This document shows, one piece after another, positions 55,085-63,426 of a stretch of DNA of 64,000 nt. Below the pieces are notes generated by a model, which saw nothing but the letters and a program-made list of their open reading frames with translations, was not told the origin of the DNA and searched no databases. A program made the position numbers and the translations under genes. Each line of letters starts with the position of its first letter. Positions within the stretch are counted from its first letter, which is position 1. The DNA is taken from IMG/VR virus record IMGVR_UViG_3300040801_001224, positions 186,001 through 250,000 of that record, one strand, 5' to 3'.

Positions 55085-56612
55085 CGACCAATATGATGAA
55101 AGCTGGGCAAGATTTTTGCCTGCTATCTCTGGCTTTTACACATCATTGCTTGGAGCAATGGAACGAGATCCACACTACACCGATAATGACCGACCTAATG
55201 GCTTGCCAGCAGGTATGGACAAAGGCTTCGAAGGATTGGATTACCTCACTGATCAAGGATATTTCCAGTATGACTACTCGTTATATTCTGCAGGTCATGC
55301 GGCATTGGATCTCGAAAAGAGTAAAGAGAAAGAAGGCATGGTGTCACGACGTGGCGGTCACACTACTCTGGTAGGCGACTCCGGCGGATTCCAGATTGGT
55401 AAGGGCGTTATTAAATTAGACTGGGAACGTTTCTACGAAATGGAAGATGATCCAAGCACATGGATTGGCGGCAAGTATGTTGGCGATGCCGACAAAGTAC
55501 GCATGAAGATCTTACGTTGGTTAGAAGCTACCGCAGATTGGTCAATGACCCTCGATGTTCCGTCTTGGGCGGCCTTACCTCAAAACCAAGCACGTACAGG
55601 ACTAAAGAACTTTGCGGACTGTTTACGTGCTACCTTACACAACAATGACTTCTTTGTTAAGAATCGTGAGCCAGGCGCTACGAAATTCCTTAACGTGTTA
55701 CAGGGCGGTAACTGGACAGAAGCAGAAGCATGGTATCAAGCGGTTAAAGACTATCCGTTTGAGGGCTGGGCTTTTGGTGCGGCAAATGTGCGTAACATGT
55801 ATATCGCACTAAGACGTCTAATTATCATGCGTGATGAAAAGATGCTTGAAGGTAAGGATTGGATTCACATCCTGGGTATTTCTAAATTGGATTGGGCTTG
55901 TATGGCTACTGCTATTCAGCGTGAACTACGTAAGGAAGCTAATCCTAACATTACTGTTAGCTTTGATTGTGCGAGCCCTTTCATTAGTGCGGCCAACGGG
56001 CTAATGTATACTGATTCAGTTACTACTGGTGATAAGTTCGCTTACCCAATGGAGAGTTTTCCGGATCAGAAGATGTTTAAGGGCAGTAACTTGCCTTTCC
56101 CTAACAAGAGTCCTATTGGCGATATGCTGACAATGGGTGATCTCTGTGTTCGTGGTGAAGGTGACTTAAACAAGAACGGCAAGGAGACTAAAACTTCTTG
56201 GGACACATTTAGTTATGGACTTATTATGGCACACAACACTGCCAAGCACATTGAGTCTGTTATTAAGGCTAACCGGTTGGTTGATATTGAAAGTTCTTAC
56301 ATCAAGCCAGATATCAGAGACTGGAAAAAGCTTAAGTCGAGTGATAAGTCAGACAACTTGTCAGTATATGTTCCACGCAATATCTTATACTTCAACCACT
56401 TTGTTGAAGAACTATTCCAGAGTGAAAAGCCAATGGATCTATTAGAAAAGAACCATAGATTCCTGGATTCGATAAGTAACAATGTACAGCTTCAAAACAG
56501 TGATGTCGCATTCGCAAACTTGTTTGAGATGCCTGAAACAGCAAATGTTACAGCAGACACAATGGATGAAGAAAAACTGAACGAACTTGAACGATCTATT
56601 ATGGGAGATTAA
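55071..56612 (+). CDS. tRNA-guanine transglycosylase-fold protein (DpdA-like DNA 7-deazaguanine insertase)
   Basis: GDSGGFQI, MTLDVP, LNVLQGG, WIHILG, SFDCASP; next to queD and near queE; start reassigned to MTNFND. Confidence 0.85.
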   Translation: MTNFNDQYDESWARFLPAISGFYTSLLGAMERDPHYTDNDRPNGLPAGMDKGFEGLDYLTDQGYFQYDYSLYSAGHAALDLEKSKEKEGMVSRRGGHTTLVGDSGGFQIGKGVIKLDWERFYEMEDDPSTWIGGKYVGDADKVRMKILRWLEATADWSMTLDVPSWAALPQNQARTGLKNFADCLRATLHNNDFFVKNREPGATKFLNVLQGGNWTEAEAWYQAVKDYPFEGWAFGAANVRNMYIALRRLIIMRDEKMLEGKDWIHILGISKLDWACMATAIQRELRKEANPNITVSFDCASPFISAANGLMYTDSVTTGDKFAYPMESFPDQKMFKGSNLPFPNKSPIGDMLTMGDLCVRGEGDLNKNGKETKTSWDTFSYGLIMAHNTAKHIESVIKANRLVDIESSYIKPDIRDWKKLKSSDKSDNLSVYVPRNILYFNHFVEELFQSEKPMDLLEKNHRFLDSISNNVQLQNSDVAFANLFEMPETANVTADTMDEEKLNELERSIMGD

Positions 56613-56613
56613 T

Positions 56614-56892
56614 ATGAAGAAGGTAGTATTTTTGCTTGTAGTACTTCTAACACTCATGCCGGTTAAGACTGAAGCTAATGACTTTTTGGTTCTCGCAACA
56701 TCACTATGCGAGAACACTAAAGTTGACAATAAGTCAGGCATTCGTAAAGCACTCAAAAAGCATGGTGTTAAGATACGTAGAATATATGATGACATCAAGT
56801 GTAATGACATGAGTCTACATGCGTTTGCTAAAGCTAATGGTGCTGAAGAAGTAGCCGCTTGGTACGAAAAGAAGGTTAAGAAAAATCTATGA
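56614..56892 (+). CDS. Secreted DUF3718-like protein
   Basis: Signal peptide then SLCENTKVDNKSGIRKALKKHGVKIRRIYDDIKCNDMSLHAFA. Confidence 0.7.
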   Translation: MKKVVFLLVVLLTLMPVKTEANDFLVLATSLCENTKVDNKSGIRKALKKHGVKIRRIYDDIKCNDMSLHAFAKANGAEEVAAWYEKKVKKNL

Positions 56893-56908
56893 TAAAAGGA
56901 CGCAGATA

Positions 56909-57274
56909 ATGAAAACTGAAACGAAAATGATATGGGTGACTTTCCAGAAAGCTGGGATACATTATTACCCTGCGGCGAAAACTGATAAAAATCTTAATGA
57001 TGTCAGTTATCTTGGCAACAAGCATAGACATTTGTTTAAATTTAAAGTTTCCATTGAAGTATTCCATAATGATCGAGACATTGAGTTTCATCAATTTTTG
57101 AATTGGATAGAAGGGCTTTATGAATCACAAGTACTGTCATTAGATAGTCGCAGTTGTGAAATGATTTCAGATGAACTAGCTGAGAAAATTACAAGCAAGT
57201 ATGCAGGAAGAAAATTAGTCATAGAGGTCTCCGAAGACGGAGAATGCGGAAGTACAATCGAGTATTGTTCTTAA
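56909..57274 (+). CDS. queD: QueD-like 6-carboxy-tetrahydropterin synthase (T-fold)
   Basis: HYYP..HRHLF.F.V..HNDRDIEF..SCEM..EVSEDGECG. Confidence 0.8.
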   Translation: MKTETKMIWVTFQKAGIHYYPAAKTDKNLNDVSYLGNKHRHLFKFKVSIEVFHNDRDIEFHQFLNWIEGLYESQVLSLDSRSCEMISDELAEKITSKYAGRKLVIEVSEDGECGSTIEYCS

Positions 57275-58042
57275 AATTTCATTATCATTAGAGTTATTAA
57301 TATAAGATTCAGACATTCGCAGAATTCGGTATCCGAAGTCATTTGCTACATACGAACAAGTTGTATCCCAGTTTTTCACTTCGATACTTGAGTGCCAATA
57401 GTCACCATCGACTTCTATGATTAAGTTATGATCAGGTAAGAGAAAGTCATATAGATGTCTAAAGAATAGTTTGTTTCTCCTATGCTCTTTAGTTTGTATT
57501 AAAAATTGAAATTCATGACGTATATTATTATGGATGAGGATTTCTAATATTCTTTTTTCAATAGAAGTCATTTTAAACTTATTCGATTTTCGTGTTTCAG
57601 TAATTGTTTTGGACAACATTTCTCTATGCTTATCAGTTCGAACATAACGTCCCATTTTTGATGTGTCTGATTTGGGCTTTCTCATTTTTTTCCGAATTTC
57701 TGGATCGTTTGTGAATTTCCCTTCAAAATTTGGGTTCTTTTCGCCTTGAGATAGTCCTAATCTAATTCTCGTTTCTGATATTTTGGATCCGACCCGTTCC
57801 TTATATGATTTTGTTTTTCTTATATTCGAGTTATTGCCTTTTATTGACATTGATTTCATATGAGCTTCTTTGGAACCTGGTTTCTGTCTCCACGTTTCTT
57901 CTCTCGACTTTTGCTGTTTTTTTATAACTCCTGGGCATTTCGTTACCTTGTATTCACATCTGAATACCTTCGTATTCACGGATTGAAATTTTGCTGGAGA
58001 CCCACAATACTCACATACCTTTCCTTCAATAAAATCTGTCAT
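57215..58042 (-). CDS. Free-standing Vsr/DUF559-like homing endonuclease with NUMOD3-like segments
   Basis: YDFLLPDHNLIIEVDGDYWH; CEYCG zinc knuckle; antisense, AT-rich; late box at 58079-58086. Confidence 0.85.
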   Translation of the reverse strand: MTDFIEGKVCEYCGSPAKFQSVNTKVFRCEYKVTKCPGVIKKQQKSREETWRQKPGSKEAHMKSMSIKGNNSNIRKTKSYKERVGSKISETRIRLGLSQGEKNPNFEGKFTNDPEIRKKMRKPKSDTSKMGRYVRTDKHREMLSKTITETRKSNKFKMTSIEKRILEILIHNNIRHEFQFLIQTKEHRRNKLFFRHLYDFLLPDHNLIIEVDGDYWHSSIEVKNWDTTCSYVANDFGYRILRMSESYINNSNDNEILRTILDCTSAFSVFGDLYD

Positions 58043-58151
58043 GTAGTTTACCTATTAATTCTAGTTCGCTATCATTGTTATTTATCTTTTTTTAGGTTAT
58101 AATTAAATCAATATTGAACAGACATAGAGTATACTCCAGATAAATAACAGT

Positions 58152-58808
58152 ATGAAGAGGTATATAGGAAAAATAACACCATTCGCATATGCGGCATTTG
58201 CGGCAATTGTTTCAATGTGGCTATTGGCAATGTTCATGTCTATTTCTCAAGAAATTCAGTTGTCAATTACATTATTAATATCCTTCCTCATCGGTTTAAT
58301 GGCTTTCAACATAGCAGGAGCTATAGATGCCAGAAGTTATAAAAAAATGACTCGTGATCCAGAATCCGGAGCTCGGACAAGGCAATATTTCATTGATATA
58401 TCAGAACGTGAAATATCAAGGAGCATAAGAAGCCAGACACCAATTTATGCGATTGCGTTTAAGTTGGACCAATACGAAGAAATTCATAGTGAAGCTCCCA
58501 AATGTATTGCTACTATCTTTGAGCAGATGACTATACATTTAAGAAAAAATACACGAAAAAATGATGTCCTAGCTAGACTAAGTGATAATGCCTTTGTACT
58601 ATTGCTGTCAGACGACACTAAAGAAGAACATACCGGAATGCTTGCTGAACGAGTTCAGAATACTGTGAACTCACTAATGTGTACCGCAAATAATAAAACA
58701 TACCAAAATCTAACAGCCACTACATTCGTTGAACCATATGATATGGATAACGACATGAGCTCTGAAGACTTTACAACTCGCCTAGAAAACATCTTAGAAA
58801 ACGCTTGA
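58152..58808 (+). CDS. Two-TM membrane protein with degenerate GGDEF domain
   Basis: DPESGARTRQYF, RKND-x5-SDNAF (intact I-site, dead A-site); leaderless after TAAATA at 58141. Confidence 0.8.
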   Translation: MKRYIGKITPFAYAAFAAIVSMWLLAMFMSISQEIQLSITLLISFLIGLMAFNIAGAIDARSYKKMTRDPESGARTRQYFIDISEREISRSIRSQTPIYAIAFKLDQYEEIHSEAPKCIATIFEQMTIHLRKNTRKNDVLARLSDNAFVLLLSDDTKEEHTGMLAERVQNTVNSLMCTANNKTYQNLTATTFVEPYDMDNDMSSEDFTTRLENILENA

Positions 58809-58833
58809 CAAACACACCAATTTATAGTATAAT
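58805..58833 (+). promoter_or_regulatory. sigma70 promoter
   Basis: TTGACA-17-TATAAT. Confidence 0.8.
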
Positions 58834-58860
58834 GACTATAACTATAAATACAGGTGACTA

Positions 58861-59961
58861 ATGAACACAATTTTTATTATACCTATCGAACCTATCGATA
58901 CACGTTATACCCGTCATTGGTATGAACACATACCGGAATTACTTAAAGCCGCTGGAGATGACCGATACAGAGTCATAACAATTGATGGCACAGACGTCCC
59001 ACCAGTTCCTACTCCAGGCGCATTCTTAGACTTTGGCGCAACGAATATTTATAAGAGTTCACAGCTCATTAAAATTGCTGACAAGTTCCGCCGTGGTGAG
59101 GTTAAGGATGGTGATAAGTTTTTATTTACTGATGCGTGGAATACAAGTATCTTACAAGTAAAGTATATGAGTGAACTATTGGGCGTTAAAACTGAGTTAC
59201 ATGGCTTATGGCATGCTGGTTCTTATGATCCACAAGATTTCTTAGGACGTTTAATCAAGGACAAACGTTGGACAAATAACACGGAAAAGGCAATCTTTTA
59301 TTCATTGGATAAGAATTGGTTTGCTACTGAGTTTCATGTTGAAATGTTTATGGCTAACGTATTTTTAGAAACTGATGTATTTAAAAATGATCAAGACTTA
59401 TCACACAGTGACAGGACAAGGCGTATTGGCATAACTGGTTGGCCAATGGAATACATGACTGAAATGTTAGAGCGTTATGAAGCTCCAAAGAAAGACCTCA
59501 TACTATTTCCGCATCGTCTAGCACCTGAGAAGCAGTTGGATATCTTCAAGGACTTAGAAAAGGAACTGCCCGAATACGAATGGGTTGTCTGTCAGGAAAA
59601 GAAACTGACCAAGAACGAATACCATAAATTATTGGGTAGAGCTAAGATGGTGTTTAGTGCTAACTTACAGGAAACCCTGGGTATTAGTGTTCCTGAAGGA
59701 ATGGCGACAGGCGCTATACCCTGTGTTCCAGACCGTTTAAGTTATGCGGAAATGTACAGAGATGAATGGAAGTATCCAAGTGAATGGACTGAAAGCTTTG
59801 ATTCATATACACGATACAAAGAGAAACTGGTTTCTAGAATTAAAGAACATATGGAATCATATGATGAAAAAATGCGTGAAGTTATTTATGATGACTACAA
59901 AGTTCTACATGAAAAATTCTTTAGCGCAGGACCATTAGTAGAGAGTTTAGTTAGTGAGTAA
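58861..59961 (+). CDS. GT-B (GT4-like) glycosyltransferase
   Basis: ILFPHRLAPEKQ, ANLQETLGISVPEG (E-x7-E), VPDRLSYAE. Confidence 0.85.
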   Translation: MNTIFIIPIEPIDTRYTRHWYEHIPELLKAAGDDRYRVITIDGTDVPPVPTPGAFLDFGATNIYKSSQLIKIADKFRRGEVKDGDKFLFTDAWNTSILQVKYMSELLGVKTELHGLWHAGSYDPQDFLGRLIKDKRWTNNTEKAIFYSLDKNWFATEFHVEMFMANVFLETDVFKNDQDLSHSDRTRRIGITGWPMEYMTEMLERYEAPKKDLILFPHRLAPEKQLDIFKDLEKELPEYEWVVCQEKKLTKNEYHKLLGRAKMVFSANLQETLGISVPEGMATGAIPCVPDRLSYAEMYRDEWKYPSEWTESFDSYTRYKEKLVSRIKEHMESYDEKMREVIYDDYKVLHEKFFSAGPLVESLVSE

Positions 59962-60889
59962 AATTTTAGTAACTGGTGGAAGTGGCTTCATAGGCACTTC
60001 AGTCTGCAATATGTTGGTTAAGGAAGGCTATGAAGTCCATAACTTAGATCGTGTTAAGAAAGTCATTCCTGGCACCAAGCAACATTGGATGGATTTAGGC
60101 AATACAGAACTGCTCGATCAGATCCTATGCGAACATCAGTATGACGCAGTAATACATCTAGCTTCAGAACATGAAGTTGGGAGGAGTATTGTTGAACCAG
60201 AACTCTATTATGAAAACAACGTTGTTAATACGATTAGCTTGCTTCGTCTCATGAAGAAGCATGGCATTGACAAATTAATTATGAGTAGCAGTAGCTCTGT
60301 GTATGGTGACGCTGATTGTTATCCAACACATGAAGAAATGCCAAAAAAGCCATTGAGTCCTTATGCGAGAACTAAGGCTATTATGGAAGATATGCTACAA
60401 GACTTTGATCGTGCTTATGGCATTCAATATACAGCACTAAGATATTTTAATGCTGTAGGCGCAGGGTATACGCAGGAGCCTGCAACACATATTATGCCCA
60501 AGCTATGTCAGAAAGTTTTATCGGGTGAGACATTCAATGTTTATGGTGGTGATTACGATACTGCTGATGGAACGTGTGAACGTGATTATACTCATTTAGA
60601 AGATATAGCAGAAGCGCATATATTGGCGCTGAATTATTTGTTTAATGGTGGCACCAGCCAGATACTAAACATTGGCGAAGGGTATACTTGGAGTGTACTT
60701 GAAATATTAGAAAAATTTGAAGAAGTTACTGGTGAAGAAGTAAAATACGAATTCACTGACAGGAGAGAAGGTGATGTTATGACGACATCTTCCGATTCGA
60801 GCAAAGCAAAGGACTTACTTGGTTGGGAACCTTCTTATAATATAGAAGACATGATAAAAGACGCATGGGAATGGGAGAAAAACAAATGA
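59954..60889 (+). CDS. galE: UDP-glucose 4-epimerase
   Basis: VTGGSGFIG, SSSSSVYG, YARTK, LRYFN, RDYTH, RREGD. Confidence 0.93.
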   Translation: MSKILVTGGSGFIGTSVCNMLVKEGYEVHNLDRVKKVIPGTKQHWMDLGNTELLDQILCEHQYDAVIHLASEHEVGRSIVEPELYYENNVVNTISLLRLMKKHGIDKLIMSSSSSVYGDADCYPTHEEMPKKPLSPYARTKAIMEDMLQDFDRAYGIQYTALRYFNAVGAGYTQEPATHIMPKLCQKVLSGETFNVYGGDYDTADGTCERDYTHLEDIAEAHILALNYLFNGGTSQILNIGEGYTWSVLEILEKFEEVTGEEVKYEFTDRREGDVMTTSSDSSKAKDLLGWEPSYNIEDMIKDAWEWEKNK

Positions 60890-61353
60890 CCGTCAAGAAA
60901 GACATAAGCTACGAACAGATTGAAGATTACGTTAATCTACTCATTAAAGAGATTGAAGCTAAAGAATGGAAGCCAGACTTAATTGTGGGACTTACTCGTG
61001 GTGGCCTATTGCCAGCAGTACGCCTAAGTCATAAGATGGGTATTCCGATGCAGTCGCTCCAGTGGACCACAAGAGATCATACAAATAGAAATTGTCATGA
61101 TGCGGCATTGGCGGAGGACATGGTTGACGGTATGAAAATACTCATCGTTGATGATATTTGTGACAGTGGTGAAACATTTAAGACCCTTATCAAAGACATG
61201 AACACAAGTGTAGTGGATGATATTGCCTGGCATGAACAAGTACGTTTCGCGGCATTGTTACATAAGAATGGATCACATTTCCATACGGATTTTAAAGCAA
61301 CTACAGTATTAGACGAAAGCATCTGGTGGGTATTTCCCTGGGAGAAAGAATAA
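60886..61353 (+). CDS. Type I phosphoribosyltransferase (Gpt/Hpt-like)
   Basis: VGLTRGG, ILIVDDICDSGET, WWVFPWE. Confidence 0.92.
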   Translation: MTVKKDISYEQIEDYVNLLIKEIEAKEWKPDLIVGLTRGGLLPAVRLSHKMGIPMQSLQWTTRDHTNRNCHDAALAEDMVDGMKILIVDDICDSGETFKTLIKDMNTSVVDDIAWHEQVRFAALLHKNGSHFHTDFKATTVLDESIWWVFPWEKE

Positions 61354-61553
61354 TGGCAGAATCAATAGCCACAATACAATTACTATTAACGCCTGAAGAA
61401 TTAGAAACGTTATATAAAGTAATAGGACATGTTAGCGATGCTGACTTCGAAAAGAAGTTTAAGTTAGATGATGATCAAGTAGAAATTATACATGATATCA
61501 TAAACGAAGTATTTTCATATGAGATGTTATGGAGTGAAGAATGGATTCTATAG
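61353..61553 (+). CDS. Small hypothetical protein
   Basis: TAATG overlap; start MAESIA. Confidence 0.6.
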   Translation: MAESIATIQLLLTPEELETLYKVIGHVSDADFEKKFKLDDDQVEIIHDIINEVFSYEMLWSEEWIL

Positions 61554-61801
61554 ATGATTTTGAAGAACGATTATCTGAGAATTATAATCCTGAAGTAGGT
61601 GACTATTTGATGCCTGCAAGGGATAATGGAATGAATTGGGAGTCTAGTAGAATTATTGACAAGAATAAACCGCACATGTATAAGGTTAATTATGATGATA
61701 GATGGTACGCGGTTTTACCTAAAGATATACAATCTTTCAATTATACTGAATGTGGAAATAAAATGTATAAAATAATTGCTATTACACAGATGTCGAGATA
61801 A
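61541..61801 (+). CDS. Hypothetical protein
   Basis: 86-aa ORF in operon. Confidence 0.65.
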   Translation: MDSIDDFEERLSENYNPEVGDYLMPARDNGMNWESSRIIDKNKPHMYKVNYDDRWYAVLPKDIQSFNYTECGNKMYKIIAITQMSR

Positions 61802-61810
61802 GGAAATAAA

Positions 61811-62155
61811 ATGAAGTTTGAAGATATACCATGGAAAGACATAGTTGTTGAGACTAAGAACTTCGTCATATTTAACGACGGGTTTCCGGTTAGCGAAGGG
61901 CATGAGTTAATTGTGCCACGAGACCCAAAGAATGTGCGTCATTTAGAAGAGTGTATGTTGACAGCATATAAACGTGGCCGAGATTTAATTCGGAGAGGGT
62001 TGGCCACAGGTTTCAATGTTGGCATGAATTATGGCGAATCTGCTGGCCAGACTGTTCCATATCCACATATACACTTAATTCCACGTAGAGATGGTGATAC
62101 TGAAAACCCACGTGGTGGGATCCGTAACTGTATTCCAGGCAAGGGAGATTATTAA
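61811..62155 (+). CDS. HIT-family nucleotide hydrolase
   Basis: DGFPVSEGHELIVP, GFNVGMNYGESAGQTVPYPHIHLIPR. Confidence 0.93.
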   Translation: MKFEDIPWKDIVVETKNFVIFNDGFPVSEGHELIVPRDPKNVRHLEECMLTAYKRGRDLIRRGLATGFNVGMNYGESAGQTVPYPHIHLIPRRDGDTENPRGGIRNCIPGKGDY

Positions 62156-62334
62156 TGTCAGAACCCAGGACATTTGACCATGAAGGTGGCACTGGTATTA
62201 GTGCTTCTCCCATGTTAGCAAAGAAAGTTGCCGTATCTATTACGGAAGAACAAGCAAGGGAGTTGCTTGGGTTAGTTGATAGGGTAGCCGAATTAGAAAG
62301 ACGAGTTAAGGAGCTATCTGATGAAAAGAGTTGA
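62155..62334 (+). CDS. 59-aa coiled-coil hypothetical protein
   Basis: My translation MSEPRTFDHE...VAELERRVKELSDEKS; TAATG overlap. Confidence 0.55.
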   Translation: MSEPRTFDHEGGTGISASPMLAKKVAVSITEEQARELLGLVDRVAELERRVKELSDEKS

Positions 62335-62560
62335 GCGTTGGGCACCGGTATTTCTAATACTGCCTAAGAAAATATTAGGAGAATGGTATTGGCTCAGACG
62401 TGTGATGCGTAAGGGTAATGTTTATATGACTGAAAAAGACTATTTGGGTATGGTTGAATCTCAAGAGCCAACTAAAGAGGATATATCAAAATTGTATCCG
62501 TACACTGCGGATGACATATTAGAAATGGAGGACGATGATGAGTGTGAACAAAGACAATAG
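62321..62560 (+). CDS. Trp-rich paralog 5 (divergent)
   Basis: VFLILPKKILGEWYWLRRV. Confidence 0.6.
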   Translation: MKRVERWAPVFLILPKKILGEWYWLRRVMRKGNVYMTEKDYLGMVESQEPTKEDISKLYPYTADDILEMEDDDECEQRQ

Positions 62561-62945
62561 TCTTGAAGCTATCAGAAAGAAAATCAAAGATTTCAATAAG
62601 AAGTATAGTGAAGAACGTACAACTTGGGCATCAAGCGGAACAAATACTGATCCATTTGGCCTAGGATCTGGCGGTAACGCTGGTTGGCCATATGGTAATG
62701 ATCCTTATATAGGATATCCACAGTATCCAGGGAACAGTGGATGGGATAGTTCAGGAACCGGAACTGTTGATATGACTGCCCTTCAACTCACACAGATCAT
62801 GGCACGCCTAGACGCTATTGAAAAACGTTTGAGGATTATGGAAGATGCTGATCCAGATCTAGTGGAAGCACTCAAGGAAGCTTATGACCATTATAAATTC
62901 ATTGAAAAACTTTGTGAAGATTCCCTGGCGGGGAGGGAAGACTAA
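62535..62945 (+). CDS. Hypothetical protein with G/P/Y-rich linker and C-terminal coiled coil
   Basis: 136 aa; ALKEAYDHYKFIEKLC. Confidence 0.7.
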   Translation: MMSVNKDNSLEAIRKKIKDFNKKYSEERTTWASSGTNTDPFGLGSGGNAGWPYGNDPYIGYPQYPGNSGWDSSGTGTVDMTALQLTQIMARLDAIEKRLRIMEDADPDLVEALKEAYDHYKFIEKLCEDSLAGRED

Positions 62946-62946
62946 C

Positions 62947-63393
62947 ATGTCAGCCAAGCAATCTAGATATACTGTATTGGGACAAAATACTTGGAATAGT
63001 AGCAATAGCGGCACTGTAACAATAAATACAGGAACAACTACACCAGCCGGAACTGTATCTATCGGCACTACTAGTCAAAGACATCTGGCGATAGAGCCAA
63101 AAGATGATGAAGATAAGTTTTTTGAAAAACTGGGTGGCGGAGAATTAGCCTTAGAGATTTTGTCCTTTGATTTTGATCTAGTTAATAAAACAGCTAGGAT
63201 GGTATGTAGCTCAGCTAATAATATCGATATTGAATTATTTGTTGAAAGACTGGAAGGTTACAATGTTATTATGGGTGGGAATGTGATGGGTATTGATAAA
63301 GTGACAAGCGCATCGGCTAGGACAACAACATCAATATACGATGAAATAGAATGGACAATTGAATTTAAATATAACATTGACAAGCCACGTTAA
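62947..63393 (+). CDS. Hypothetical protein
   Basis: Start reassigned to MSAKQS (SD GGGAGG). Confidence 0.6.
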   Translation: MSAKQSRYTVLGQNTWNSSNSGTVTINTGTTTPAGTVSIGTTSQRHLAIEPKDDEDKFFEKLGGGELALEILSFDFDLVNKTARMVCSSANNIDIELFVERLEGYNVIMGGNVMGIDKVTSASARTTTSIYDEIEWTIEFKYNIDKPR

Positions 63394-63406
63394 CATATGT
63401 TATAAT
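63377..63406 (+). promoter_or_regulatory. sigma70 promoter for queE
   Basis: TTGACA-18-TATAAT. Confidence 0.7.
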
Positions 63407-63426
63407 ACGCTATTAATGGAGAAAGT

